This document shows, piece by piece, positions 49,593 through 59,266 of a DNA stretch of 64,000 nucleotides. Position numbers and translations under genes: made by a program. Source of the stretch: an uncultured delta proteobacterium (GTDB lineage: Bacteria > Desulfobacterota > Binatia > Binatales > Binataceae); the NCBI GenBank assembly GCA_963724765.1, contig CAVRVY010000003.1, positions 320,001-384,000 of the forward strand, given 5' to 3'. The first letter of the stretch is position 1, and each line of letters opens with the position of its first letter. The notes under the pieces were generated by a model that worked only from the letters and a program-made list of their open reading frames with translations, had not been told where the DNA came from and ran no database searches.

Positions 49593-51074
49593 ATGGCGCA
49601 TCGAATACTTATCGTTGAAGACAATCCGGTTGACCAGCGTCTGTTCGAGCAGGCGCTGAGCGACCCGGCGCGCGAAATCGAAATTTGCAACGACGGGCGC
49701 GAGGCGCTGGCCGCCTTTGAGCGCCGCGCCGCCGACGTGGTGGTATCGGACATCATGATGCCCAACATGGAGGGCCTCGAGCTGCTGAGCGAGCTGCATC
49801 GCCGCGTCCCCGGCCTGCCGGTCATCCTGGTCACCCGTTTCGGCAGTATTCCGGCCGCAGTGGCGGCGATGCACGCGGGCGCGTTTGACTACGTCACCAA
49901 GCCGGTGGAGGTCTTCGAATTACAGACACGGGTGAAGCGCGCGCTCGAGCTCGAGCAGCTCCACCACGAAAATGACACTCTGCGCCAGGAGCTCGCCGGG
50001 CGCTTCGGTCCGGACTCGGTGGTCGCCGAAAGTATCGAGAGCCGCAAACTGATGGAACTGGTGCGGCGGATTGCGGCCAGCCACTCCACGGTGCTGATCC
50101 AGGGCGAGAGCGGCACGGGCAAGGAGCTGGTCGCGCGGCTGGTGCATTATTGGAGCGACCGGGTCGGTCATCCATTTGTCGCGGTCAACTGCAAGGCCTT
50201 CGCCGAGAGCGTGCTGGAAAGCGAACTGTTCGGTCATGAGAAAGGCGCCTTCACCGGCGCAATCGCGGCGCGCCAGGGATGCTTCGAGCGGGCCTCGGGC
50301 GGCACGCTGTTGCTCGACGAGATCGGCGATATCAGTCCCGAGTTCCAGGCCAAGCTGCTCCGCGTGCTGCAGGAGGGCGAGGTGCTGCGGGTCGGCGGCT
50401 CCGAGCCGCGGCGGATCAATGTGCGGGTAGTGGCAGCAACCAACAGCTCGCTCCAGGACAAGGTCGCGGCGGGCCGCTTTCGCGAGGACCTCTATTTCCG
50501 GCTCAACGTCATTCCTATCCAGCTGCTGCCGCTGCGCGAGCGGCGCGAGGATATCCTGGCGCTGGCGCGCAATTTTCTGGCCCGGATGGCAGCCGAGGCC
50601 GGCCGCCATATGACGCTTGACCCGGAGGCCGCGGAGATGCTCCTCCGGCACTCGTGGCCGGGCAACGTGCGCGAGCTCGAAAACGCGATCGAACGGGCCG
50701 TGGTTCTCACTCGCGCCGACGTTATCACCACTACCGACCTGATGCTCGATCGGGTCGGCGGATCGCTGCCGGCTGCTACCGCCAGCGCCACGCCTGCCGA
50801 CAACTCCGCTCCCGCGCCCGCGATGGACGAGGCGGACCTGCGGACGCGCCGTGCGACGGCGTTGGAGGAAAGCGGAGACGTCGGCCTGAGCGAATATCTC
50901 GACAAGGCCGCCGGCGAGCGAATCGCGCGCGCGCTGGCCAAGGCCAAAGGCAATCGGGCCGAGGCCGCACGCAGCCTCGGTATCGGCCGTGCGACGCTGT
51001 ATCGCTTCATGCGACGGCTGGGCAACGAATCCATCGGCGAGCGGCACGGCAATGAGCCGGGCGAACAGCAATAG
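49593..51074 (+). CDS. NtrC-family sigma-54-dependent response regulator
   Basis: Receiver (ILIVED, SDIMMP), [22 protein letters not shown], Fis-type HTH. Confidence 0.95.
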   Translation: MAHRILIVEDNPVDQRLFEQALSDPAREIEICNDGREALAAFERRAADVVVSDIMMPNMEGLELLSELHRRVPGLPVILVTRFGSIPAAVAAMHAGAFDYVTKPVEVFELQTRVKRALELEQLHHENDTLRQELAGRFGPDSVVAESIESRKLMELVRRIAASHSTVLIQGESGTGKELVARLVHYWSDRVGHPFVAVNCKAFAESVLESELFGHEKGAFTGAIAARQGCFERASGGTLLLDEIGDISPEFQAKLLRVLQEGEVLRVGGSEPRRINVRVVAATNSSLQDKVAAGRFREDLYFRLNVIPIQLLPLRERREDILALARNFLARMAAEAGRHMTLDPEAAEMLLRHSWPGNVRELENAIERAVVLTRADVITTTDLMLDRVGGSLPAATASATPADNSAPAPAMDEADLRTRRATALEESGDVGLSEYLDKAAGERIARALAKAKGNRAEAARSLGIGRATLYRFMRRLGNESIGERHGNEPGEQQ

Positions 51075-51600
51075 TTCGCCCGCGACCTCCGGTGCCCCGC
51101 CCGACGAAGGCAGGGACGAAGGCACGCGGCAAGGCACGGATGAAGGCGGGACGGCAGGCAGGGATGAAGGCCGTGTCGGCGAAGGAACTGTCAGCCTCGC
51201 CCGGATCCGCCGCTTGCGCGAATCGATGCCGGGCAAGGCCGCCCTCATCGACGAATTGATCGATCTATTTGTCTGCGACCTGCCCGGGCGGCTGAGCGCG
51301 ATCACACAGGCCGTCGAGCGCGGCGACGCGCCGGCCCTTGCGCTGCAGGCCCATGCGCTGCGCGGCGGTGCGGCAAATTTCGGCGCCAGCCGTCTCGACG
51401 AGTTGTGCGGAACGCTCGAAGAGATCGGCGGGCGGCGCGGCGCACTCGCCGAGGCGGCCGCGACGCTCGACGAGCTCAGGCGCGAAAGCAATCGGGTGCG
51501 CGCCGCACTGCTCGCCCTGAAGTCGAAAGATACTGCCGGACTGTCCGCAGCGCCCCCGCCGGCGGGCGCTGCGGACCCATCTGAACGGCCTATCCGCTAA
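51052..51600 (+). CDS. Hpt (histidine phosphotransfer) domain protein
   Basis: AHALRGGAANFGA..L..LC..LE motif; overlaps the end of the NtrC gene. Confidence 0.85.
   Translation: MSRANSNSSPATSGAPPDEGRDEGTRQGTDEGGTAGRDEGRVGEGTVSLARIRRLRESMPGKAALIDELIDLFVCDLPGRLSAITQAVERGDAPALALQAHALRGGAANFGASRLDELCGTLEEIGGRRGALAEAAATLDELRRESNRVRAALLALKSKDTAGLSAAPPPAGAADPSERPIR
51103..51186 (+). repeat. Degenerate 12-nt tandem repeat (about 6-7 units) in the Hpt N-terminus
   Basis: gacgaaggcagg / gacgaaggcacg / cggcaaggcacg / gatgaaggcggg / acggcaggcagg / gatgaaggccgt. Confidence 0.7.
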
Positions 51601-51671
51601 TATCCAAGCGCGCGTATCCGCTGATCTCTGAAAACCGCGCATCCGCTCTTCACCGAAACCACGTATCCGCT
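51582..51671 (+). repeat. Four phased YATCCGCT direct repeats with a 24-25 nt period
   Basis: Copies at 51591, 51615, 51640 and 51664; copies 2-4 are preceded by CG, with AAACCRCG before copies 3 and 4. Confidence 0.75.
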
Positions 51672-51775
51672 TTTGCGCCGCTTTGCCGGCGAACCGTCCC
51701 TACTGGCTCATCTTCACCGTCCGTGTAGATCGCTCGCGTCTCTGCTAAATGAAATGGCTTGAATGACTGAACGCG

Positions 51776-53209
51776 ATGTTGCTTGCGGACGCCTCGCTCG
51801 TCTCGAAAAGCGCCGCGGCGCAAAGGTTCAAGGATTCTCAACAGCAAAATGCCATCAACCAAAGTACCGCGCATATTCTTCGCGATGCCATTGGCGGAGA
51901 CCTGATCACCAGTGCGATAAGACCTACGAGTCCGCTCGACGCGTGTGGAACGGGCTCGTCGACCGGCGTCCGGGCGCGATCGCGTACTGCACCAGCGTCG
52001 CGGATATCGCCGCCTGCGTGCGATTCGCGCGCGAACGTGAACTTCTGACCGCCGTCCGTAGCGGCGGCCACGCCTGCGCGGGTACCGCAGTATGCGATGG
52101 CGGCCTGGTGATCGATACTTCGCGGATGCGCGCGGTGACGGTCGATCCGGCGTCTAAAATTGCCCGTGCCGAGGCCGGCGCGCGCTGGCGCGAGGTCGAC
52201 CGGGCCACGCAGACGTACGACCTCGCGACCGTCGGGGGGACGGACTCCGAAGTCGGGATTGCCGGACTCACGCTCGGCGGCGGCAATGGATGGCTGATGG
52301 GGATACACGGGGCGACTTGCGACAACGTGGTCGCAATCGACGTGGTCACGGCGGACGCCAGAATGCTCCGCGCGACGGCGGATGAAAATCCGGACCTCTT
52401 CTGGGCGATGCGTGGCGGCGGCGGAAACTTCGGCGTCGCCACTGGTTTCGAGTATCGGCTCTTTCCCGTGGGGCCCACGGTCATGGCCGGGATGGTGACC
52501 TATCCTTATGCGCAGGCGCGTCAAGTGCTGGAATTCTTCCGCGAGTTCTCGATGATCGCTCCCGATGAGCTCACGGTCTACGCCTGCCTCATCTGTACCG
52601 GCTCGGGCGCGCCCGCGATCGGATTGGCCGCCTGCTATGTCGGTCCGATGAATCGTGCCGAGGCGGTGGTCGCGCCGCTGCGCAAATGCGGCACGCCGAT
52701 CGACGACGCGCTAAGGCCGATGCCCTACCTGGAGCTGCAGACCATGATGGACGCGGCGCGGCCGGCCGGCGCGCTGCGCGATGCGCTCGCATTTCATGGC
52801 CGAACTCCCCGACGGCGCGCTCGAGGCGATCGTAGAACATTTCGCGCGCACGCCGTCGCCGCTGTCGGTCGCGATCATCGAGCATCGTCACGGAGCCATC
52901 GCGCGCGTCGCGCCTGGCGCAACCGCTTTCGCACTGCGCGCAAGCCCGTTTCACTTCGAGATAATCGGCTTCTGGGAGGATCCGCTGACGGGCGTGGCGA
53001 ATCTTGAATGGGTCACCGATTTCTTCACGGCAACGCGGCCCTTCTCTTCGGGCGAGGTGTACGTCAACTCGCTGGACCAGGGCGAATCGTCGCGGGTGTT
53101 AGAAGCCTACGGACCCAACTATCAGCCCCTGGCCTCGATCAAGGCGCAATACGACCCATCGAACTTCTTTCGCTGCAACCAGAATATCGCGCCAGGCCTG
53201 CCGCGTTAG
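51776..53209 (+). pseudogene. FAD-binding (BBE-like) oxidoreductase split by two frameshifts
   Basis: RSGGH, GLTLGGG, DLFWAMRGGGGNFG, YVNS..YDPSNFFRCNQNI; frame changes near 51915 and 52770. Confidence 0.8.
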
Positions 53210-53979
53210 AAGTCCAGCGGCAGCTTGAGAAAGTTGTGATAGATGAAGTCGCGATGCTCAAGCAGGAGGGGCGTGGTGGCGTTCTTAATTGTCGGATCGG
53301 TGTTGGTATATATGCGCCTGAACGCGGGGGGCAACGGACATAGCTCGTCGGGCAGTGGATCGTTCATCACCGCGAAGGTCGCCCAATAGATATCGAGCGC
53401 GGTGAGCGCGTCGCCGATGAAAAACCTGCTGCCGCGCTTGCGCTGCAGTTCGAGCCGGGCGGAGAGCGCGCGCAGAATTCCGGCGATCCGCGCCGGCGCC
53501 GCCTCGGTCGCCGCCTTGTCATAGCCATATTTGTTGGCCAGGTAATTGAAGAGCTTGCGCCCGGCCTCACTGGGGTTCCCAAGGCCATCGCGGATGATCA
53601 ACAGCCGCTTCGACCATCCAAATCCGTTCTGGCCGCATATTTCGTTGGCATAGCCGAACATCAAGGCGCGATCCTCGAGGTTATCCGGAACCAGCGGCGG
53701 ATTGGGCTGCAGCCGCTCGGCCAGGTAGAGCTGGTCGTTCCACAGACTGCGCGGCCATTCTTCATTCCAGACCATGACGGGAGCGCTCGCCTGCGCGGTC
53801 CAGTCGAGCAGCGCGCGATTCTCGCCGCCCAGCTCTTGGCTCACCTTGACATAAGGGAGTTTCTTGACGTGAAGGATGCCCTTGGCCGCCTCGCTCCATG
53901 GTCCCGGCACTCCGGGCGTCAGTACCAACCGCAAACCCGACATCGCACGCGCCCGTTCCACTTCGATGTATTCCGCCAT
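53206..53979 (-). CDS. GST-like protein
   Basis: GVPGPWSEAAKGILHVK; FFIGDALTALDIYWATF C-terminal GST motif. Confidence 0.75.
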   Translation of the reverse strand: MAEYIEVERARAMSGLRLVLTPGVPGPWSEAAKGILHVKKLPYVKVSQELGGENRALLDWTAQASAPVMVWNEEWPRSLWNDQLYLAERLQPNPPLVPDNLEDRALMFGYANEICGQNGFGWSKRLLIIRDGLGNPSEAGRKLFNYLANKYGYDKAATEAAPARIAGILRALSARLELQRKRGSRFFIGDALTALDIYWATFAVMNDPLPDELCPLPPAFRRIYTNTDPTIKNATTPLLLEHRDFIYHNFLKLPLDF

Positions 53980-54181
53980 GGCGTCACTCTCCCTGCATGG
54001 ATTATGCGTCGGCCGCCGCCCGTTCACCGAGCCTCCCCCGGCGAGCGGTACAGAAGCCGCACTCTGGGATCAAGTTTGTCGCAGAAAAACGCGCAAAAGG
54101 AAAAGCCCCCGCGAGCATCGTCGCTCTCGAGGGCGCAAGCAACCGGCCGCGGTCAGCTAGTAGCTGATCACCCCTCGACGT

Positions 54182-54730
54182 TCACCACTTTTCCCGACGT
54201 GTTATTGTCGCTTGCGCCGGGATACTGGAGGGGCCGGGAATGCCAGCAGGCTCCAATTGTGACGCCGCTCCCCGTACCAGCAGCACCGCGGTCGAACTCA
54301 GCGGGATGCTGTTCGGGGCACCCGGATATTTGATCAGCGTGTTGAAAGTCGCGCGCGTCGTGACCTCGACAAAGACCTTCGGTTCCGTACAGGTCGAGGG
54401 AGGCGCGGTGCAGGAGACGAAACAGGCGGAGGACGATCGTGGACTGCACTGGGCGCCGTCGCATACGCAGAAGTGTCTCGGAGTTACCGAGAGTCCGCTG
54501 ATGTAGTGAACGTCGTTATCCGCCGCCCGAATCATGCCTGCGCTGTCGATCGCGTTGACGTGGCTTTGGGCCCCATACCGGACCGCGGCGCTCGCCGCAC
54601 TGGCGATACTCTTTTTTACGTAAGACGCACGCGCAATATCGGCGACCACCACCAGCACGACCACGAGAAATGACGCCCCCAAAGCGATCTCAATCGCTCT
54701 TGAAGCCTTCGTCATCTTACGCCAGAACAT
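54182..54730 (-). CDS. TadE/TadG-like pilus-associated protein (degenerate)
   Basis: IEIALGASFLVVVLVVVADIAR...SAASAAVRYGAQ pseudopilin-like N-terminus; Cys-rich region; FVEVT. Confidence 0.6.
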   Translation of the reverse strand: MFWRKMTKASRAIEIALGASFLVVVLVVVADIARASYVKKSIASAASAAVRYGAQSHVNAIDSAGMIRAADNDVHYISGLSVTPRHFCVCDGAQCSPRSSSACFVSCTAPPSTCTEPKVFVEVTTRATFNTLIKYPGAPNSIPLSSTAVLLVRGAASQLEPAGIPGPSSIPAQATITRREKW

Positions 54731-55004
54731 CGGGAGCCCTCCGCTAAGAGACTAGGGCGCGTCAGGGACCAACGGCTGAACCGAGGCTCTCCGCGCCGGC
54801 CGCCGTAGCACAGATGCAACATCGATGCGCCAAACCATGCTCTTTCCCCTATGGTCGAGACATTCGTCGCTAAAAGCTCCCGTTAGACAGGCATAGCTAA
54901 TTCAATAGCAATGCCGCAGATGACGTTACGCAAAAGCTAAGCCAAGCGCGCCACAAAAGACGAAATAACAGAGCGGGAACTTTTTATGGATTTCGAAAAA
55001 CGGA

Positions 55005-55064
55005 ACTCTCGGAGAAGGGGGGCAAATAATCGAGAACCAGTTCGGCGTGATCTACGTAGAATAG
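55005..55064 (+). pseudogene. 3'-end remnant of a paralogue of the 22959-23405 gene
   Basis: TLGEGGQIIENQFGVIYVE* versus TLDEAGHVTDNQFGVIYVK*; 23 identical nt. Confidence 0.7.
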
Positions 55065-55144
55065 GGAGCGCGCTGGTACAAATCGCGCCGGCTTGCGCAC
55101 TCGCATTCACGGATGCGGTGGATGCGGAGGGCCGGGGAGCGTGT

Positions 55145-56191
55145 TCAGTGTTCGAGCAGGCGCGAGAGCGTGCGGGCCGTATAGTCAACCAGCGGGATAA
55201 CCCGCTCGTAGTCCATCCGCACCGGGCCGACGATCGCGACGCTTCCAAGCGGCATCGCGCCGTTCTGGTAGGAGGCTGCGACCACGCTGAGGCTGGCGAG
55301 GCGCGCGTCGATATTCTCCGAACCGATCGACACCGTGAGCCCGCTATGCGCGACGCTGCGCTCGAGCAGGTCGAGCAGCGCGCTGCGGTCCTCGAGCGCA
55401 TGGAGCAGGTCGCGCAGGCGATTGTGGTCGGCGAACTCCGGCTGGTCGGCGACCTTGGCGCTGCCCTCGACATAGACCTCGGCCGATCCAACGCGTTCGG
55501 CCAGTGCGCCGCCGAGCGCCAGCGCGGCGCGCATGAAGCGGTCGTAGCGCGCACGGTCTTCGCGCTGGCGCTCCTCGATCCACTCGCGTGCCTCCTCCAG
55601 CGTGCGCCCGTGCAGCGCCTCGTTGAGGTAGCGCGCCATGCGGTCGAGTTCCTCCTGGCCGTGGTCGCCTTCGGTCTGGACCAGGCGGTTGTGTACTCCG
55701 TCAGCGGCGGCGACAAAAATCGCCAGGACTTCGCGCTCGCGCAAACGCACAAAGCTCACGCGCTCGAGCTTGATCGACTCCAACCGCGGCGCCATCACCA
55801 GCGCCGCCTGCCCGGTCAGCAGCGCCAGTAGACGTGAGGTCTCACGCATCACCTCGCCCAGTTCGCGCGGCCCGGCCGAATAGCACAGCTCGATTTGCGA
55901 GCGGTCTTCGAACCCGATATGCCGCACCGACATTACGTGGTCTACGTAGTGGCGAAAGGCGCGGTCGGTCGGGACGCGGCCGGCTGAGGTGTGCGGCTGG
56001 CGCAGGTAGCCCGCGGTCTCCAGTTCGGCCATCAGGTTGCGCGCCATCGCGGCGCGCACGCCCAGAGGATAACGCGCGGCGATCTGATGCGAGCCAACCG
56101 GCTCGGCCGTGACGATAAACTCCTGGACCGTGGCGAGCAGCACCGAATGCTGGCGGTGGGATAGTTCGCCCTGTGCTGCCGGAGTTTCCAT
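55145..56191 (-). CDS. hrcA: Heat-inducible transcription repressor
   Basis: AEPVGS, RNLMAELE..GYLRQPHTSAGRVPT, GPVRMDYERVI. Confidence 0.95.
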   Translation of the reverse strand: METPAAQGELSHRQHSVLLATVQEFIVTAEPVGSHQIAARYPLGVRAAMARNLMAELETAGYLRQPHTSAGRVPTDRAFRHYVDHVMSVRHIGFEDRSQIELCYSAGPRELGEVMRETSRLLALLTGQAALVMAPRLESIKLERVSFVRLREREVLAIFVAAADGVHNRLVQTEGDHGQEELDRMARYLNEALHGRTLEEAREWIEERQREDRARYDRFMRAALALGGALAERVGSAEVYVEGSAKVADQPEFADHNRLRDLLHALEDRSALLDLLERSVAHSGLTVSIGSENIDARLASLSVVAASYQNGAMPLGSVAIVGPVRMDYERVIPLVDYTARTLSRLLEH

Positions 56192-56401
56192 CGCGTCAAC
56201 GACTCGCTGCTAAGGACCTTCTGTTGCGTGGCCTTTGCCGACCCTGACCCGATCGCGACACCAATACCGTGCAGCGATTCTGGTTCGCGCAAAGGCCGCC
56301 GCGCAAGGGCTCGGCCCATTTGCTGGCATGTATTTTAGCACAGCTCATGCTCCTGATAGGCTCTATGTAGGAGCGCTTCCTCAGCGCTCGCGGTCTCTGC
56401 G

Positions 56402-57997
56402 ATGGCGAAAAAGGCGGTTAAACCACGGCGCTTGTACATCCCGGTCGTGCCGGCCGGCGCTTCGTGGATCGAAAGCGACAGCTACGATCGCCGCGCCTGG
56501 AGCGATATCGGGCTGGGCGCGCCGGTCATCGGCGAACTGGTCGAGGCGGGCCGCCGCCTCGTGCCGCACTTCGACGCGCTGCTCGGCGACCTGTTCTTCG
56601 CGCTGTTCAAGTACAACCTGGTCTGGCTCAAGACCGACGCCGTGCGCAAAAGCGCGATCCTCAATCACACCATCCTCGACCGCCTCATCGCGTCACCGGC
56701 CTTCGAGGCACTCAAGAGCCGCACGCTGTTCGAGGAGGACAAGGCCGCGATAGCCGCCCTCGCGCTCGCCGAACAGGCGCTCGAGCTGGTGCGTTCGGAG
56801 CGTCTGCTCAACCGCCGCGAACTGCTCGATCTCTGGGATTTGCATCACCAGGAAGACGACCTCGCCGAACGCGCCGACGAACTCAAGGCGATGGCTGAGG
56901 CAGCCGCGCCTGCCGACGGCGAGACCGAGCCCGACCAAAAGCTCAAAGAAGAGCTCAAGAAAAAGATCGAAAAACTCAAAGAGGCGGCCGCACGCGCGGT
57001 CCAGGTCTCCGAGGCGCGGCTCAATCAGAAGGCGCGCCAGGTGACCGAGCAGGTCGGCCACGCCGACCGCGGCGAGCTGCGCCGGATGGAGGCCAAGAGC
57101 CTCGGCCTCGCGCAGGAGATCGACCGCGTTGCCCAGGACAGCCATGACTTCAGCCTGGAATTCGGCCAAGGCGGCCGGCTATCGGCCGGCGAACGGCTGG
57201 AGCTTGGGCGTCATCTCGCACGCAACCGTAAGCTCGGAGAGCTTGCGCGGCTGGTCGGCCGCTTCAAGCAGGACGCGCGCGCGCTGCGGCGCAAGACGAT
57301 GGAACGCGGCGTGGCCGAGGCCTATGACATCGAGCGCGGCTCAGAGCTGGGGCGGTTGATACCGGCCGAGCTGCTCGCGATGCATCATCCGGGGCTGCGG
57401 CGCGACTTCGGACGTCGTCTGCTCGAGGGCGAGCTGCTCCAGTACCGCCTGCGCGACGAGGAGCAAAAGGGCAAGGGCCCGATGGTGGTATGCATCGACG
57501 TAAGCTCCTCGATGGAAGGTGACAAAGAGTTGTGGGCCAAGGCGGTGAGCCTGACGTTGATGGATATTGCGCGCCGCCAGCGCCGGCTGTTTCGCGCGGT
57601 GCTGTTTTCCTCGGGCCCGGGAAGTCTCAAGGTGCTCGACCTCAACCAGAAACGCCGCTATCAGCCCGAGCTGGGCAAGGTGATGGAGCTGGCGGAGTAT
57701 TTTCCGGGCGGCGGCACGGATTTCCAACAGCCGATCGACGCGGCGATGGAGCTGATCGAACACAAACGGCTGCGCCGCGCCGACATCGTGATCATCACCG
57801 ACGGCGAGAGCCAAGTCGCGCCCGAGTGGCTGGCCGAACTGCGCCGGCGCAAGGATGAGCTGCAATTCTCGATCTTCGCGGTGCTGGTCGACGTCGGTTC
57901 GAACGAGCTTTCGACGCTGGCCCTGATAAGCGATCGCGTCACCTCGGTCAAGAAGCTCAGCGCCGAGGGCACCCGCGAAATTTTCATGAAAATTTAA
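56402..57997 (+). CDS. VWA domain protein (ViaA/YieM-like)
   Basis: ELGRLIPAEL, GPMVVCIDVSSSM (MIDAS), GGTDF, IITDGE. Confidence 0.88.
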   Translation: MAKKAVKPRRLYIPVVPAGASWIESDSYDRRAWSDIGLGAPVIGELVEAGRRLVPHFDALLGDLFFALFKYNLVWLKTDAVRKSAILNHTILDRLIASPAFEALKSRTLFEEDKAAIAALALAEQALELVRSERLLNRRELLDLWDLHHQEDDLAERADELKAMAEAAAPADGETEPDQKLKEELKKKIEKLKEAAARAVQVSEARLNQKARQVTEQVGHADRGELRRMEAKSLGLAQEIDRVAQDSHDFSLEFGQGGRLSAGERLELGRHLARNRKLGELARLVGRFKQDARALRRKTMERGVAEAYDIERGSELGRLIPAELLAMHHPGLRRDFGRRLLEGELLQYRLRDEEQKGKGPMVVCIDVSSSMEGDKELWAKAVSLTLMDIARRQRRLFRAVLFSSGPGSLKVLDLNQKRRYQPELGKVMELAEYFPGGGTDFQQPIDAAMELIEHKRLRRADIVIITDGESQVAPEWLAELRRRKDELQFSIFAVLVDVGSNELSTLALISDRVTSVKKLSAEGTREIFMKI

Positions 57998-58166
57998 GCT
58001 GCGCCGGTTTGCCCCACATGGCAACTTGGTGCTAGCAAAAAGTTCACGTAGAAACCTTTCAGTTCATGTGCGCCCGGCGAACCCTCGACGGACCAAAAAG
58101 GGCGCATATCATTGGGCCGAAGTGACGAACCCGGCAAGAGGCCGGCCACATTCGAGGGAGGGGAAA

Positions 58167-59054
58167 ATGAAAAGACTAAGCTTGAGCGTAGGCTTGGCAA
58201 TCGTGCTCTGCGGCGCCCTTTCGGCGGTGGCTCGCGCGGCGGACTATTCGTTCCGAAAGGTGGTCTTTCCCAGCGATACCTTCACTCAACTGCTGGGCAT
58301 AAACGATTTCGATACAATCGCCGGTTACCACGGCGCAACCGTGAACAAGGGATTTGTGTTCACGCTGCCGAACCATTTCACCGCAGAGAACTTTCCGAGT
58401 TCGGCACAGACCCAGGTCACCGGGATCAACGACAACTTCAAAACCTCCGGATTCTATATCGACAGCGGCGGAGTCAACCACGGCTTCCTGCGCACGCCCA
58501 AGGGCGTCTTCTCGACGGTGGATTTTCCGAGTACCGGGTTCAACCAACTGCTCGGTTTGAACTTCCACTCACAAGCGGTTGGCTATTACGCGGACGGCAC
58601 GGATTTCAGCGTCTTTCACGCATACATCTACGACGAGAACGGCGGCGTGTTTCTGCCGATTATTAACCCGCTGTCGGTCAGCAGCCAGGCGACCGGCATC
58701 AACAACGAGCAAATGGTTTGCGGATTTTATATTGATAGCGGAAACGTCACGCATGGATTCTTGCTCAATCCGGGAACGCTGACCACGCTCGATTTTCCGG
58801 GAGCCGGCACCACCTCCACCATGGCCTTGGGCTTGAACGATGAGAACCAGGTGGTTAGAGTCTATAATACCAGTACGGCGATGCATGGTTTCGTTTATAA
58901 CGTCAGCACCGGACATTTTCATTCGGTCGACGATCCCGGCGGCATCGGTACCACGACGATCAACGGAATCAACAACTTCGGGCAGATTGTCGGTTTCTAC
59001 GTCGACTCGAAGGGAAACACGGATGGCTTTATCGGCACGCCGATATCGTTCTGA
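58167..59054 (+). CDS. Secreted repeat protein (probable beta-propeller, HAF-repeat-like)
   Basis: Signal peptide; about 6 repeats of G[IL]N...G.Y....HGF; SD GGAGGGG. Confidence 0.82.
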   Translation: MKRLSLSVGLAIVLCGALSAVARAADYSFRKVVFPSDTFTQLLGINDFDTIAGYHGATVNKGFVFTLPNHFTAENFPSSAQTQVTGINDNFKTSGFYIDSGGVNHGFLRTPKGVFSTVDFPSTGFNQLLGLNFHSQAVGYYADGTDFSVFHAYIYDENGGVFLPIINPLSVSSQATGINNEQMVCGFYIDSGNVTHGFLLNPGTLTTLDFPGAGTTSTMALGLNDENQVVRVYNTSTAMHGFVYNVSTGHFHSVDDPGGIGTTTINGINNFGQIVGFYVDSKGNTDGFIGTPISF

Positions 59055-59076
59055 ATTCGTTTAGCACCAGCGATAT

Positions 59077-59150
59077 TGTCATCCTGAACGAAGTAAAAGA
59101 TTGCGCGCGGTCCTTCGACTGCGCTCGCAGACTCGCTTCGCTCAGAGGAA
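59077..59150. repeat. Degenerate REP-like palindromic element
   Basis: TGTCATCCTGAACGAAGTAAAAGA...TCCTTCGACTGCGCTC...CTTCGCTCAG, resembling GTCATCCTGAGCGAAG-type intergenic repeats; lies between convergent genes. Confidence 0.55.
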
Positions 59151-59266
59151 AAAGAACGATGACCGACGGAGAATTTTGTTTGACGAACCTGCGGCTCACA
59201 CGTTGACGGGCCGCTCGAGTTTCAACTGGAAGAGCTTGCGGGATTCGTAGCGCTTTTTTGACGCTG

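Noticed and set aside
38662-51491. Long antisense ORFs (e.g. 38662-40407, 42169-43665, 47230-48174, 49920-51491)
   Set aside because: Shadow frames of well-supported genes on the opposite strand, expected in high-GC DNA; no family motifs.
51591-51671. Possible mini-CRISPR array
   Set aside because: The 8-nt core and ~16-nt spacers are far too short and no cas genes are present; reported as a phased repeat instead.
54813-54833. Sigma-54-like site upstream of the TadE-like gene (minus strand TGGCGCATCGATGTTGC)
   Set aside because: GG-to-GC spacing is 12 nt rather than the required 10.
56200-56345. Half CIRCE-like words (TGCTAA at ~56208, TTAGCAC at 56335) near hrcA
   Set aside because: Not arranged as TTAGCACTC-N9-GAGTGCTAA.
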